Part shown: positions 9,412-20,186 of the stretch, one piece after another | Position numbering within the stretch: the stretch's first letter is position 1 | Layout of the letters: every line of letters starts with the position of its first letter | NCBI GenBank assembly: GCA_964558935.1 | Contig: CAZLFP010000001.1 | Coordinates: 147,260 to 211,259 of the forward strand | DNA: 64,000 nucleotides | Source of the DNA: an uncultured Gammaproteobacteria bacterium | Lineage (GTDB): Bacteria > Patescibacteriota > Patescibacteriia > 2-01-FULL-39-33 | Direction: 5' to 3' | Made by a program: the position numbers and the translations under genes | Notes under the pieces: model-generated | The model's database searches: none | What the model saw: the letters and a program-made list of their open reading frames with translations, nothing else | What the model was told of the DNA's origin: nothing

Positions 9412-11169
9412 TTACCAACTACCTCCTCCGCCACCGCCAAAACCGCCTCCTGAGAAACCGCCACCGGAAGAGAAACCACTGGCACCCTTAGCGGCATGAG
9501 ATTCCACTATAATACTGTTAACCTGGGAATTGAAATTAGTCAAACCATCCGTTAAAAGGTGAGGATTAAACGATATTTGACCGCTATCCGAATACCACTT
9601 GGGTTGCTGGTTATATATACCCTCAAACTGTTTAGCCCACTGCTTTTCAACTCCTAAAGCCATGGCATATGGCAGTAACTGTTCAAAATGTTCAGGCTTT
9701 TTGGCCGGTGCATTATGGAAATTTAATCGATCTTTTTCTGCAACTGTCAAGTATGTCTTTAAACCTTCAATATGCTCTTTGACTAAAGATCCTTCTTGAG
9801 TCAAAGCCGGCATTAACCAACCAAAGATGACTATGATCAGACCAGAAGTCAGACTAGATACAAGTCCAATTAAACCAAACATATCCATCAACATAAAAGA
9901 CAGTACACCACCCAGTAAACAACCGACAACCAACCAAGCAATTCTTGTTTTTTGAGGATTAGATTTAAAAAACTTTTTTTCCTTTGTCAATGATGTGTAC
10001 AGTTGGTTCTTAATCAATTCCATATCGACAGCAAAACTCTTCAGCTTAGAAATTTTAACCCCTTTTCTCTGCTCCTTAAACAAGCCGTCTAAAATATGTC
10101 GCTGATGTTTATTGGCCAACACTCCTTGGCCATCCCAATCTTTGAGACTGTCCAGCTCGTAATCCACTTTTTTACCTAGAATTTGTTTTTCTTCAATTCT
10201 TTTGATTTTAAGAAAACCTAAAACAGCCAAATGAATGATTTCAGCTGAAATATCTTTATTATTGGCAGATTGGTCAAAAACAGTTCCAACCTCAGCCGGA
10301 GATAAATTATCCGGAGCTTCAAATTGAGTTACAATCGTACCGCGACCAGATGCATCCTTGCCTTGCCTGGTCCATAAATAATACATTACAACCAAAACAA
10401 AAATTGGTAATATTACAATTATATTGTCTTGCAATACAGCCATGATCTTTTCGAGCGTACTGGGTTCGGCTACGATACCCTTTGGCCAACCTAGAACCAA
10501 AGTCATGCCCTGTCCCGGTTGCAAACTGCCAAAATTAGAATTGGTGAAGCTAAATTTATTAACCCCATCTGCTTCAACCAGGTAATTAGATTGACAGGGA
10601 GTATCGCTACCCGGTTTTCCAATGTAGCAAGCTTGCTTAAGATCTGACTCAGCTATCTTGTCAGGCAAGACGACCAAAGCTTCAACACTTAATATGGGGG
10701 CTGGCCAATCATGACCGGTAATATTCCAATACAATTCATCATGATCTTTGAAATAATTAATCGTTCTGTCCAGGGTATAATCAATGACATAAGTTAATTG
10801 TCCGGTAACATATTGATCCGGATCTCCAATCCTAATATGTAAATTCTGACCTTGTTGGGAAACTTGATGAGTAATTGTTTGACCATCTAAATCCGTTACA
10901 TTGATCTGCGAAATCCGTAGATTAAAATTACCATCCCTGGCTCGGTATTTAACCGGAATATCTCGGTAGATGCCATGTTTCTGGTTTTGTCCAAAGTCGT
11001 AAGCAATGGTTTCTTGAACTTGGATGCTACCATCCTCATAAACCTGGATTTGAACAAAAAAATCCGTAATACTCTCTTCCAGACAAGAGCTGTCTGTGCA
11101 AATCGCCTGAACCTGAACAGGTAAAAAGAGCAGCCAAGTTAGAAATAAGGTAATGAATATTTTGTGCAT
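9412..11169 (-). CDS. DUF2207-family membrane protein
   Basis: HGIYRDIP, ELYWNITG, LLPYAMALGV and Gly-rich GGGFSGGGFGGGGGGSW C-terminus; start MHKIF at 11169. Confidence 0.88.
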   Translation of the reverse strand: MHKIFITLFLTWLLFLPVQVQAICTDSSCLEESITDFFVQIQVYEDGSIQVQETIAYDFGQNQKHGIYRDIPVKYRARDGNFNLRISQINVTDLDGQTITHQVSQQGQNLHIRIGDPDQYVTGQLTYVIDYTLDRTINYFKDHDELYWNITGHDWPAPILSVEALVVLPDKIAESDLKQACYIGKPGSDTPCQSNYLVEADGVNKFSFTNSNFGSLQPGQGMTLVLGWPKGIVAEPSTLEKIMAVLQDNIIVILPIFVLVVMYYLWTRQGKDASGRGTIVTQFEAPDNLSPAEVGTVFDQSANNKDISAEIIHLAVLGFLKIKRIEEKQILGKKVDYELDSLKDWDGQGVLANKHQRHILDGLFKEQRKGVKISKLKSFAVDMELIKNQLYTSLTKEKKFFKSNPQKTRIAWLVVGCLLGGVLSFMLMDMFGLIGLVSSLTSGLIIVIFGWLMPALTQEGSLVKEHIEGLKTYLTVAEKDRLNFHNAPAKKPEHFEQLLPYAMALGVEKQWAKQFEGIYNQQPKWYSDSGQISFNPHLLTDGLTNFNSQVNSIIVESHAAKGASGFSSGGGFSGGGFGGGGGGSW

Positions 11170-11170
11170 A

Positions 11171-11959
11171 TTAGTAATTAATCTGTTTAGGTAACTTAAG
11201 CTGAGCATTTGCAACTACCAGATCCAACTTGCTTTTTTTAATCAAAGCCTGAAAAGTACATTCCTGCAGATTAAAACTCATAACTCTGCCCCCGGCTTCA
11301 GCAACAAAAATCACACCAGCCGCAACATCCCAGATATATCCTTGAGGTAGCAGAAAAGCTTCCGCCCTGCCAGTACCTACCCAGGCGCATTCAATGGCAC
11401 CGGACCCCAGCTTGCGAATATTAGCTACCCTGGGAAAGAACTGCTGCATAATATTTAACATGCCTCGATTCTTAGCTGTATGACCACCACAAAAAAGCAA
11501 CTGAGACTCAGACAGACTACTAATTTTAGAAACATGAACCCTGGATTTACGATTTGTTTTAAGATTAACCAGGTAAGCTCCTCGTCCTGAGATAGCCAAG
11601 TATCTCTCATTTAAGAGCGGTGCTTCAATAATTCCAAATATAGGTTGTCCCCCCTGATACAAAGCAATGGAAACGGAAAAAAAAGGATTATGATTGACAA
11701 AATTACCGGTTCCGTCTATGGGATCAATAATCCAGACATATTCTGAATCTTTTTTAATGAGGCCGGTTTCTTCGGTTAGGATGGAATGGTGGGGATATTG
11801 ATTTTGGATTCCATTGATCAACAGCTTGTCCATTACCTTGTCCGCCCGAGTTTTGACGGCTGGATGACGTGATGTTAATCTATTTTGATCATACAAAACT
11901 ACCAGCTGCTGACCAGCCTGTTGAGCTAATTTTAGACCAAAATCCACATATTTAACCAT
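11171..11959 (-). CDS. suhB: inositol monophosphatase family protein
   Basis: ILTEE, WIIDPIDGTGNF, RKLGSGA, WDVAAG motifs; start MVKYV at 11959. Confidence 0.88.
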   Translation of the reverse strand: MVKYVDFGLKLAQQAGQQLVVLYDQNRLTSRHPAVKTRADKVMDKLLINGIQNQYPHHSILTEETGLIKKDSEYVWIIDPIDGTGNFVNHNPFFSVSIALYQGGQPIFGIIEAPLLNERYLAISGRGAYLVNLKTNRKSRVHVSKISSLSESQLLFCGGHTAKNRGMLNIMQQFFPRVANIRKLGSGAIECAWVGTGRAEAFLLPQGYIWDVAAGVIFVAEAGGRVMSFNLQECTFQALIKKSKLDLVVANAQLKLPKQINY

Positions 11960-12001
11960 TGTCAATCGCTTATTTCTTAGATATAGTATACTAAATAATC
12001 T

Positions 12002-12646
12002 ATGCCAAGTAAAACTCAAAAATTCAAAGAAAATGAACTGTTGCCTAATCTTTGGCAGTGTACTGTTAAAAATGAAATAAAACAAGGTTTAGATAATATT
12101 TTAAAACAAAACAAGCCCATTATTTTGGAATTGGGCTGTGGTGGAGGTGATTACACCTTGGCTCTGGCTAAACATTATCCAGATTGGTATATTATTGGTC
12201 TTGATATCCAAGGCGAAAGATTATGGCATGGCGCCACTCAAGCCTTAAGTCAATCTTTAAACAACGCCTTGTTTATTCGCATGTATGCGGATCATCTGCT
12301 AGATTATTTTCCCACCAAGTCAGTGGCTGAAATTTGGATCACTTTTCCAGATCCCTATCCCAAAACCAAACAAATAAAAAAAAGACTGACCAGTCCTAAG
12401 TTCTTGAATATTTATTCACATGTTTTAAAACCCAAAGGCTATCTTCATTTAAAAACGGATAACCTGGATTTGTTTGACTACTCAACCAATCAGTTAGAAC
12501 AATCCTTTTGGATTACCAACTACGTCGAGAATGTATACGCTTCAGACTCAAATGATCCTCTGCTTTATGTACCAACCTATTACGAAAAAAAATATCTTAA
12601 GCAAGGTCGTAACATCTATTACTTGAAAGCACAATATCACTATTAA
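12002..12646 (+). CDS. trmB: tRNA (guanine-N7)-methyltransferase
   Basis: LELGCGGG, FPDPYPK, KTDN, TYYEKK motifs. Confidence 0.92.
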   Translation: MPSKTQKFKENELLPNLWQCTVKNEIKQGLDNILKQNKPIILELGCGGGDYTLALAKHYPDWYIIGLDIQGERLWHGATQALSQSLNNALFIRMYADHLLDYFPTKSVAEIWITFPDPYPKTKQIKKRLTSPKFLNIYSHVLKPKGYLHLKTDNLDLFDYSTNQLEQSFWITNYVENVYASDSNDPLLYVPTYYEKKYLKQGRNIYYLKAQYHY

Positions 12647-12902
12647 TAAGACGTACTTAAAATTGTAAGGTTAGAGATTGTTACGGAAGAGATTGAAATA
12701 TTTAATTTTGTAATTAGGATATTTAAAAACCGTCAATTGCTAATAAAAAGTTATATTTTAAGGGTGTGTTTTGTGATATAATGGATTGTATTACATGATA
12801 ATATTGTCTTAGAAACTTGCTGTTATAATTAGAAATACTACAAGCTCTTGACAGAATAATGCAATATGATAGTAAGAAAGTAGGGATTAACCAAACGATA
12901 GC

Positions 12903-13625
12903 ATGATAACCCAAAATCAGATCCTTAGAATTAAGAAATACATAAAGGATCATACAGAAAAAAGAAAAATTATCATAACTGGCGGACATGCCATGGTTAG
13001 TGGTCAAAAACTTCATTTAAACGAAGGTACTATAAAATCTTTCGAGTCTGCAGTTAATCTCTATTTGAAGCTAAAAAAAGAAGGGCAAAATGTATCACTT
13101 GGCATCTTATTGAATAATATCGGATGTGATTGTTCGGGCAAGGATAAATGCACAAAGCAGACAATAAGTTTTAATGAAAATTCCTTTACTTTGCCAATAA
13201 ATTACAAGCGGACTTTAAAAAAGAAAAATATCAATGAGCATCAATTATTGATCATATGGGAGAAGTATATTAGGAATAGATCAAAAAAAGAATTTCTAAA
13301 GAGCCTCAAAAAAAAGGAAACTAGAGAGCGGATTACTTTAATAAATGGTGACTTGTGGTTAAAGTCTGACTTAAGAGGAAGAATTATTTTAACTAGAAGT
13401 CGAAATAAAGATAAGTACGGCGCTCCAGCTTGCCCTCTTATAATGGCCGGCCTGTATAAGCATCTTGAAAAAATGGGTTTTGGATTGTCAATTAATTGTT
13501 ATTATATTGGTAGTGATAATTTAACTAACATACCAAATCATAATGTTATCGAAAAAGGAATGGATGTTTATAATGAACTGTTTAAAGAAAAAGAATTGAA
13601 AGTTTTTAACTTATACTCCTCTTAA
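12903..13625 (+). CDS. hypothetical protein, first gene of island operon
   Basis: 240-aa ORF with motif-like segments IIITGGH, LGILLNNIG, EKYIRNR, PACPLIMAGLY; family not recognised. Confidence 0.75.
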   Translation: MITQNQILRIKKYIKDHTEKRKIIITGGHAMVSGQKLHLNEGTIKSFESAVNLYLKLKKEGQNVSLGILLNNIGCDCSGKDKCTKQTISFNENSFTLPINYKRTLKKKNINEHQLLIIWEKYIRNRSKKEFLKSLKKKETRERITLINGDLWLKSDLRGRIILTRSRNKDKYGAPACPLIMAGLYKHLEKMGFGLSINCYYIGSDNLTNIPNHNVIEKGMDVYNELFKEKELKVFNLYSS

Positions 13626-13642
13626 ATTAGTTTAAGGTCCCT

Positions 13643-15088
13643 ATGAAAAAAAACAACTTCTATATTTTTATAGAAAATCAAAAGCTTAGATCAAAAACCA
13701 CGAACTCTCTATCTGAAATCGAGAATGATCTTAATCTAGAATTTTCACTTTATAATTTGAATCAGGAAGATTTACCAGCAATAAAAAACAAATCTGGTTT
13801 GTTTATACTTTCCACTGATCCAAATAGTAGATCAATTGAGAGTTTTACTATCAATAATAATTATGACGCTAACTCTTGTCGACTTTTTGTTTTATATAAT
13901 CAAAAATCAATAAAAGACTTTCTTGATTTAGTTGATAAAAAAGGTGAACAATTTAATAATATTAATAATAATTTTGATTATATTATATTTAATTGTGATC
14001 CAAAATATTATAACTGGCAAGATAAGAAAAAAGAATATAATAAGTTCATTTTTTTAGGATTTGATGAAGATTTTGACAGCAATCAATACTTTGATTTCCG
14101 ATTTGACATTAGATATCAGAAGTTTCTAAAAAATCTAATCCTTTTTCCTGATATAAAAATAAAGTCCTCCAGTGGATTTCCAATCAAGGCCATGATAGAG
14201 CCAGTAAGAGCATGTAATTTACGTTGTCCTTCATGTCCAATTGGATCTGGAGTAGCAAGTAATTTTGATAAACTCACCTTTGATAATTTTCGGATAATAA
14301 TCGATAAAATTTATCAAACCATTGAAGATATCTCTCTTTTTAACTACGGCGAACCTCTTTTACATGAAGATATTGATAAAATGATTTATTATGCTAAAAA
14401 AAAAGGTATAAAGAAAGTTAAAATACATACAAATGGAATGTTACTAGATGATAATATTGGTGAGAAAATAATTGAGTCTGGTTTAGACAGTTTGAGTATA
14501 TCAATCGATGCTGCAAGTAAAGAATCATATGATAAGTATCGTGTTGGTGGCGATTTTGAACAATTAGTGGAGAAAGTTAAGGACTTTCTGAGACTAAGAA
14601 AGAGAATGAAATCTGGAAAACCATCCGTTAGGGCTCAGTTTATTATCATGAGTCACAATGAGCATGAAGTTAAAAAGTTTTATGAAATGTTTAAGGAAAT
14701 CGGAGTAAACAAAATAAGATTTAAAACTTTTAATGCTCATATGGATGGTTCAGATGATCATAAGAATAAACAATTTTTACCCCTGAATAAAAAATATTCA
14801 AGATACTCAGATAATGAAGCTCATATTATTAATAATAAATTTAAGAGTAATATCTGTTCATGGCCATGGGAAAATGTAGTTATTAATTCTAATGGAGATA
14901 TAGCTCCTTGCTGCTATGATTATAATGCAGATTATAAACTGGGAAATATTTTTGATGACGATTGGTGGAACAACCCAAGTAGAAATATTTTTCGAGAGAA
15001 AATGGAAAATAGTCCAGATGAAATCGAGATGTGTAAGTATTGTGCTGTCGGAATTCCAGATTTAAGCTATAAAAAAATTGAAATATGA
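13643..15088 (+). CDS. radical SAM / SPASM(twitch) domain protein with N-terminal extension
   Basis: CNLRCPSC, YGEPLLH, TNG, SISIDA; C-terminal CSWPW...NGDIAPCC...CKYC. Confidence 0.92.
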   Translation: MKKNNFYIFIENQKLRSKTTNSLSEIENDLNLEFSLYNLNQEDLPAIKNKSGLFILSTDPNSRSIESFTINNNYDANSCRLFVLYNQKSIKDFLDLVDKKGEQFNNINNNFDYIIFNCDPKYYNWQDKKKEYNKFIFLGFDEDFDSNQYFDFRFDIRYQKFLKNLILFPDIKIKSSSGFPIKAMIEPVRACNLRCPSCPIGSGVASNFDKLTFDNFRIIIDKIYQTIEDISLFNYGEPLLHEDIDKMIYYAKKKGIKKVKIHTNGMLLDDNIGEKIIESGLDSLSISIDAASKESYDKYRVGGDFEQLVEKVKDFLRLRKRMKSGKPSVRAQFIIMSHNEHEVKKFYEMFKEIGVNKIRFKTFNAHMDGSDDHKNKQFLPLNKKYSRYSDNEAHIINNKFKSNICSWPWENVVINSNGDIAPCCYDYNADYKLGNIFDDDWWNNPSRNIFREKMENSPDEIEMCKYCAVGIPDLSYKKIEI

Positions 15089-16677
15089 AGCAAAATTTCG
15101 AATTTTTGTTTCAAAATGGCAAATTAATATGTAAATTCTTTGATGCTGGTATACAGAGTAAAATTTTTTGTGTTGAAAACGAAAATGGTAAATACAAACT
15201 TATTGATGAAGATATCACGGATCCAAATTTACATAAAGGCCAATTTCCTCGAAGTGGGTTTCTATTCTTTAACTCAAAAAATGATCAATTAACAATTTCT
15301 CCGGATGATTGGGGTAGAGTTCCGATGTTTTTTTACAGCCAGAATAATTATTTATTTTGTACTAATACATTTTCAGAGATACTTGAGAAATTTGATTTAG
15401 AAATAGATAATAATCAAATACTTCAACAACTATTTTTTGGGCATTCTTTTTCTGGAAAGACTATTTTTAAAAAAGTTTTTGTGTTACCACCACATCAGAA
15501 AATAGTTTTTAAGAATGGTAACATGAATATGGAAAATAATGATTTGAATATTTACGGTATCGAAGATAATCATGATCAGTCAATTGAGCAGTTAGATTAT
15601 GAAATTAGTAAAGTATTTTTTGAGTACTTTGACAATGCCAAGAATAATGAATTCACACTATCTCTTACTGGCGGTCTTGATTCTAGATTATTAATGGCCA
15701 AATACATTGAATATAGATCCCATAAAATCAATTGCTTTACTTATGGAACCAGGAAAGATAGAGACGTGTTGATAGCCAGGCGTATCGCTCAAGATTATAA
15801 ATATAATCATAACTTTTTCGAAATAACTCCAGATGACTTCATTAAAAATGCTGAAGAGTATATCTTGTTTACAGGTGGAACTAATTCCTTAACTAATTCG
15901 AGAGCGTTTCATATTTACCGTGAATTTAGCTCTGATCAAATTATTGTCAACGGCTTTGGTGGTGATTTGACTTTGGGTGGTGGGTTTCACAAGCGTGAGC
16001 TTCTAGAACATAATGACAATGATTTTTTGATGAGTTATCTATTTTCAAAGTTTTGCAAAATTGACCCAGATTCATTTAGTAATTTGTCTAATATTGGTAT
16101 TCGTGACTTACAAAACATGTTTATCAATGAAGTTGAGCCGCTTTTTACTTTAAATACTCAGCATGGAAGCCTTCCATTAAAAGCAGACAAAATTTTGTTA
16201 CTGTCTAAAGTCATCTTTTATGGTTATTGGAGTGTATTATTTTCTGCTCAAAAGGCGAAAGTAATAACACCCATGTTTGATCCACGCTTAAATAATTATT
16301 TTTTATCAATTGATTCAAAATCAAGATATAAACACACCTTATACAAAAATTATTTTATTAATAAATTTCCCGAGTTAGCAAAATATCCTTGGCAAAAATT
16401 TGGCGTTAATTTATTCGATGAGAGGTCGCCGATTCTTGATCAAGATAATAATAGAAGAATACCTTATCAGTCTTTTTGGCAAGAAGATCTAAGATTGTGG
16501 ATACGAGACGTACTATTTTCTAATAATTCATACTTAATTAATGTGATTAATATCAATAAAATAAAAAAAATGCTGAATGATAAAAAACCCTCAAATGATT
16601 GGGCAGACTTTATAGGTCAAATTCTAAGCATTGAATTGCTGATAACCTATTATAAGAAAATTAAATTGAAAAGATGA
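15085..16677 (+). CDS. asparagine synthetase-like amidotransferase/ATP pyrophosphatase
   Basis: DDWGRVPMFF, SLTGGLDSR PP-loop, NGFGGD, PMFD; no N-terminal catalytic Cys evident. Confidence 0.85.
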   Translation: MKQNFEFLFQNGKLICKFFDAGIQSKIFCVENENGKYKLIDEDITDPNLHKGQFPRSGFLFFNSKNDQLTISPDDWGRVPMFFYSQNNYLFCTNTFSEILEKFDLEIDNNQILQQLFFGHSFSGKTIFKKVFVLPPHQKIVFKNGNMNMENNDLNIYGIEDNHDQSIEQLDYEISKVFFEYFDNAKNNEFTLSLTGGLDSRLLMAKYIEYRSHKINCFTYGTRKDRDVLIARRIAQDYKYNHNFFEITPDDFIKNAEEYILFTGGTNSLTNSRAFHIYREFSSDQIIVNGFGGDLTLGGGFHKRELLEHNDNDFLMSYLFSKFCKIDPDSFSNLSNIGIRDLQNMFINEVEPLFTLNTQHGSLPLKADKILLLSKVIFYGYWSVLFSAQKAKVITPMFDPRLNNYFLSIDSKSRYKHTLYKNYFINKFPELAKYPWQKFGVNLFDERSPILDQDNNRRIPYQSFWQEDLRLWIRDVLFSNNSYLINVININKIKKMLNDKKPSNDWADFIGQILSIELLITYYKKIKLKR

Positions 16678-17816
16678 AAATATTTATTATAAGTAGGCAC
16701 TTTTTACCGCATTATGGTGGAGCGGAATTTCAGCTTGATTTTTTGGCCAGATTATTAGTAGAGTCGGGACATGAAGTCGAAGTGCTTACTAGTAGATTAC
16801 AAAATTCTAGAAAGATTGAAAATTACCAAGGCTATAAAATCTTAAGATTTGGTAGTGGTTATAGCAAGAAAGGAAAAGTTCAGGCCTACAATGAAATTCT
16901 AGCATACATTAGAAAAAATCGGGATTTGGATTGGGTATATTGGTCATATTCGGGATCAGAAAAAGAAATTATTATCGCTCAATACGAGTTACTTAAGTAT
17001 TTGCGTCACCAAGGTGTAAAAAGAATCATGAGAGTAACATCTTCAGAAAGAATTAGACAGGCAAAGGAAGATTATCCAGAGTTTATTAATGAGGTTGATA
17101 AAGTTAATTATATTGTTACATTAAATGAAGGAATTAAAGAAGAATTATTAGGTGCTGGAGTTTCTGGTGATGGAATAATAATGATGAATAATGTCGTAGA
17201 TGTTGCTATGTTTAAAAAAGTGTCTAAGCAAGAGAAAGAATTATTAAGACAGAAATTAGGATTCGGATTAGACGAAAAAATATTTATTTATACTGGTCGT
17301 TTTTCTCCTAAAAAAAACTTACCACTTCTGACTACGCTATGGTATGAATTTGGTTATCACCTTAATGCTGAAATGAGACTATTAATTGTAGCAAATGATA
17401 ATCTTGGCATCGAAGACTTAGGAGAGCGTCAAAAAATAGAATCCTGTATTAAAGGCAAGCAAATAAAAAATATAAATATCATTGCAGTAAAAAAACGGGA
17501 AGAGTTAGCTAAATTGTATCAATTATCAGATGTATGTGTTAATTTTTCTACTACTGAGGGTATGAGTAATTCACTGCTTGAGGGGATGGCTTCTGGTTTA
17601 GTGATTATGTGTAGTAATATAATCGCTAACGAAAATATTGTCAAACAGAATGTAAACGGTTATTTGTTTAGTTTAGACAATAATATTGAGATCAAAACAG
17701 CTTTTGAAGGAGCAATGCAGAAAAATGAGCAGATAATCGAGAATAATGTAAATAAAATTATGAGAGATCATTTAGTCAATGACCAACTTAATAAATTAAT
17801 TCTAAAAATAATATAA
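16674..17816 (+). CDS. glycosyltransferase family 4
   Basis: FLPHYGGAE, YTGRFSPKKN, EGMSNSLLEGMASG. Confidence 0.92.
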   Translation: MKIFIISRHFLPHYGGAEFQLDFLARLLVESGHEVEVLTSRLQNSRKIENYQGYKILRFGSGYSKKGKVQAYNEILAYIRKNRDLDWVYWSYSGSEKEIIIAQYELLKYLRHQGVKRIMRVTSSERIRQAKEDYPEFINEVDKVNYIVTLNEGIKEELLGAGVSGDGIIMMNNVVDVAMFKKVSKQEKELLRQKLGFGLDEKIFIYTGRFSPKKNLPLLTTLWYEFGYHLNAEMRLLIVANDNLGIEDLGERQKIESCIKGKQIKNINIIAVKKREELAKLYQLSDVCVNFSTTEGMSNSLLEGMASGLVIMCSNIIANENIVKQNVNGYLFSLDNNIEIKTAFEGAMQKNEQIIENNVNKIMRDHLVNDQLNKLILKII

Positions 17817-17819
17817 TTT

Positions 17820-18980
17820 ATGAAAATTCTAGTTGTTTCACCGCTGTATGAAAAATATCATTGGGGAGGATTGGCACATTCTTGTAGAAGAATTTCTCTT
17901 GGCCTTAATAATAAGGGACATGAGGTAGTGGTTGTAAATATCGATGCCGAAAATCAATATTGGGATGAAGATAATAAACCCAATGGCTATTTCAAAACCG
18001 ATGATAATGGCTTAAGTTTATATCATGTGCCCCAGCATTATTCCTATACCAACATTGAGCTTAAAAAAGAAGATGACCTGGCAATAAAACTTCAACAATG
18101 GTATCTATTATTAAGATCAATTAGCAAAGATATAAAGCCAGACATAATAATATCTTTTTTTATTGCTCCCTATGGTTATCCACTCTCTCTCATTGCTAAA
18201 GAATTCGGTATTTCTATGATATCAGCAATTAGGGGTAATGACATTGGAAGATTTATGCATGATCCGATGATTATGCCACTTCTGAAGCATACTTTAGAAA
18301 ACTCAGATCTGGTTGTTTGTTTAGCAAAAGATTTGGAGACTCAGGTTAAGCTACTATATCCAAAAGCTAAAACCAAAGTTATTTACAATTCGATCGATCC
18401 GAAATTTTACAATCTAGAGTGGCCGGAAATATTTCAGAATGATATAGTTACCGTTGGTTCAGTTGGAATCTTTAAGCCTAAAAAGGGTGTTGAATTCTTT
18501 ATTGATGCTGTTAATAACAAAAAACGCGAAAAAATGAAGTTATTAATGGTTGGTGATTTTTATAAAACAAAAACAAAAAAGGAAGATATAATTAAAAATT
18601 CAATAAATGAAATCGAAGTGACAGGAGTTGTTACTCGAGAAAGGGTTATTAAATATTTGAAAGATATTGATATCTTCTTTACCCTTACTCACTCAGACGG
18701 GTGTCCAAATGCAACGCTAGAGGCAATGTGCGCCGGCAAATGTATTATTACAACCCCAGTAGCAGCTATGGCAGACTTACTGGAACATAAGCATAGCGCC
18801 TACTTTATAGAAAAAATGGATAAGGATTTAATAGTTAATGCAGTTGAAGAATTAATGTCAGATAGAGGCCTGGTAAAACAAATGGGGAGAAATGCTCGCA
18901 TAGCCGCCAGTAAGCTTTTACCCCCATATGAAATAGATGAGTGGGATATGGTCATAAAATCATTATCAAACAAAAAATGA
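17820..18980 (+). CDS. glycosyltransferase family 4
   Basis: WGGLA, IRGND, KPKKG, DGCPNATLEAMCAG. Confidence 0.92.
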   Translation: MKILVVSPLYEKYHWGGLAHSCRRISLGLNNKGHEVVVVNIDAENQYWDEDNKPNGYFKTDDNGLSLYHVPQHYSYTNIELKKEDDLAIKLQQWYLLLRSISKDIKPDIIISFFIAPYGYPLSLIAKEFGISMISAIRGNDIGRFMHDPMIMPLLKHTLENSDLVVCLAKDLETQVKLLYPKAKTKVIYNSIDPKFYNLEWPEIFQNDIVTVGSVGIFKPKKGVEFFIDAVNNKKREKMKLLMVGDFYKTKTKKEDIIKNSINEIEVTGVVTRERVIKYLKDIDIFFTLTHSDGCPNATLEAMCAGKCIITTPVAAMADLLEHKHSAYFIEKMDKDLIVNAVEELMSDRGLVKQMGRNARIAASKLLPPYEIDEWDMVIKSLSNKK

Positions 18981-20116
18981 CTACAGTATTATATAGCCAT
19001 GATGGCAGGGGTATTGGTCATGTTAGTAGAACTGCAGCTTTAGCCATGGGAATTAAACGAATAAAACCTGACGAACAAGTTATTTGCATAACTGGTTATG
19101 AGGGATTTAATGACTTACACCCGAGAAATGACATAGAATGGATAAAGTTGCCGTCATATAAAACCACTGTTACCAAAGGAAAGGTTTGGGCTAAATTATC
19201 ACCCGCCGGATATACCAAAGAAGAATCTGCCAGTATTAGATCACAAATAATATTGGCATCGATTAAAGCGCTAAAACCGGATAATATAATTGTCGAATAT
19301 TTTCCACAGGGCAAAATGCTGGAAATAAGAAAGACCTTGCTTTACTTGGAAAGTAATACGAATTGTAATATATATCTTGGTTTGAGAGGTGTCATAGCCG
19401 ATAAAAATGATGATGGCTATGGCGACATCTTCAACCAAGATAATTATACAATTATTGATAAATACTACAAAAAAGTATTCTGTTATACTGATAGTAACGT
19501 ATTTACTTACAGGAAAGACGAATTCAATAATAATATTCTGAGCAAAATAGTTAATACTGGTTATGTTTCTAGAGCATCAGAAATCGACAAGATAACAGAC
19601 TTAGATAATAAGCCATCATATGATAAATTGGTGGGTTTAGGTTGCAGTGTTAATGCATTTGAAATGATTAAAATGATTATTAATGTTAAGTCAAAATCAT
19701 TTCCAGGTGAGAAGTGGGCCATTTTTTTAGGTACTGCCTTATCAAGAGCTGGAAAAGAAGAGCTTAGAGCCTATTCTAAGGATATTTACAACTTAGATCT
19801 TATCGATTTCAACGATGAATTTTTAGCATATCTAAAATCGGCTAAAGCTATCATTAGTCATGGCGGGTACAATACTATTACTGACACTCTTTTTTTTAGA
19901 AAGCCAACTATATATATAGCAAGAGATGTACCAGAAAAAGATCAAGAGATTCATTTAGAATATTTGAAGACGGCGGGAATAATATCGAATTATTTAACGG
20001 AGACAAATTTAACAGAAGACTTGTTGGAAAATGAAATTAGAAATATGAGCAAGAGAGAAGTATCAACTAACATAGACGGTTCAAGTAATGTGGCGAAAGC
20101 AATTTTTAACTTATAA
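18977..20116 (+). CDS. predicted GT-B glycosyltransferase (GT28-like C-terminal domain)
   Basis: YSHDGRGIGHVSR, ISHGGYNT, DQEIH; start at ATGA overlap 18977. Confidence 0.85.
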   Translation: MTTVLYSHDGRGIGHVSRTAALAMGIKRIKPDEQVICITGYEGFNDLHPRNDIEWIKLPSYKTTVTKGKVWAKLSPAGYTKEESASIRSQIILASIKALKPDNIIVEYFPQGKMLEIRKTLLYLESNTNCNIYLGLRGVIADKNDDGYGDIFNQDNYTIIDKYYKKVFCYTDSNVFTYRKDEFNNNILSKIVNTGYVSRASEIDKITDLDNKPSYDKLVGLGCSVNAFEMIKMIINVKSKSFPGEKWAIFLGTALSRAGKEELRAYSKDIYNLDLIDFNDEFLAYLKSAKAIISHGGYNTITDTLFFRKPTIYIARDVPEKDQEIHLEYLKTAGIISNYLTETNLTEDLLENEIRNMSKREVSTNIDGSSNVAKAIFNL

Positions 20117-20186
20117 GAACTGTGTAAATGTGACTAATTTCTGAGATCAATAAAAAACCGTCACATTTGAGACGATTTTTCTATTG

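Larger units (their letters stand above)
12650..20160 (+). mobile_element. AT-rich genomic island (six-gene operon) abutting the 3' end of tRNA-Gln
   Basis: sharp GC drop (hand count 9/60 GC at 13921-13980); six co-oriented, tightly packed genes; adjacent to a tRNA; no integrase seen. Confidence 0.55.

Noticed and set aside
13643-16677. RiPP cluster (lasso cyclase or ranthipeptide)
   Set aside because: No precursor peptide, RRE/PqqD, B-protein peptidase or transporter seen; glycosyltransferase context fits glycan modification better.
12725-20163. AAAAACCGTCA repeated at both island ends as att sites
   Set aside because: Only about 11 bp, A-rich, not the tRNA 3' end, and no integrase; compatible with chance.
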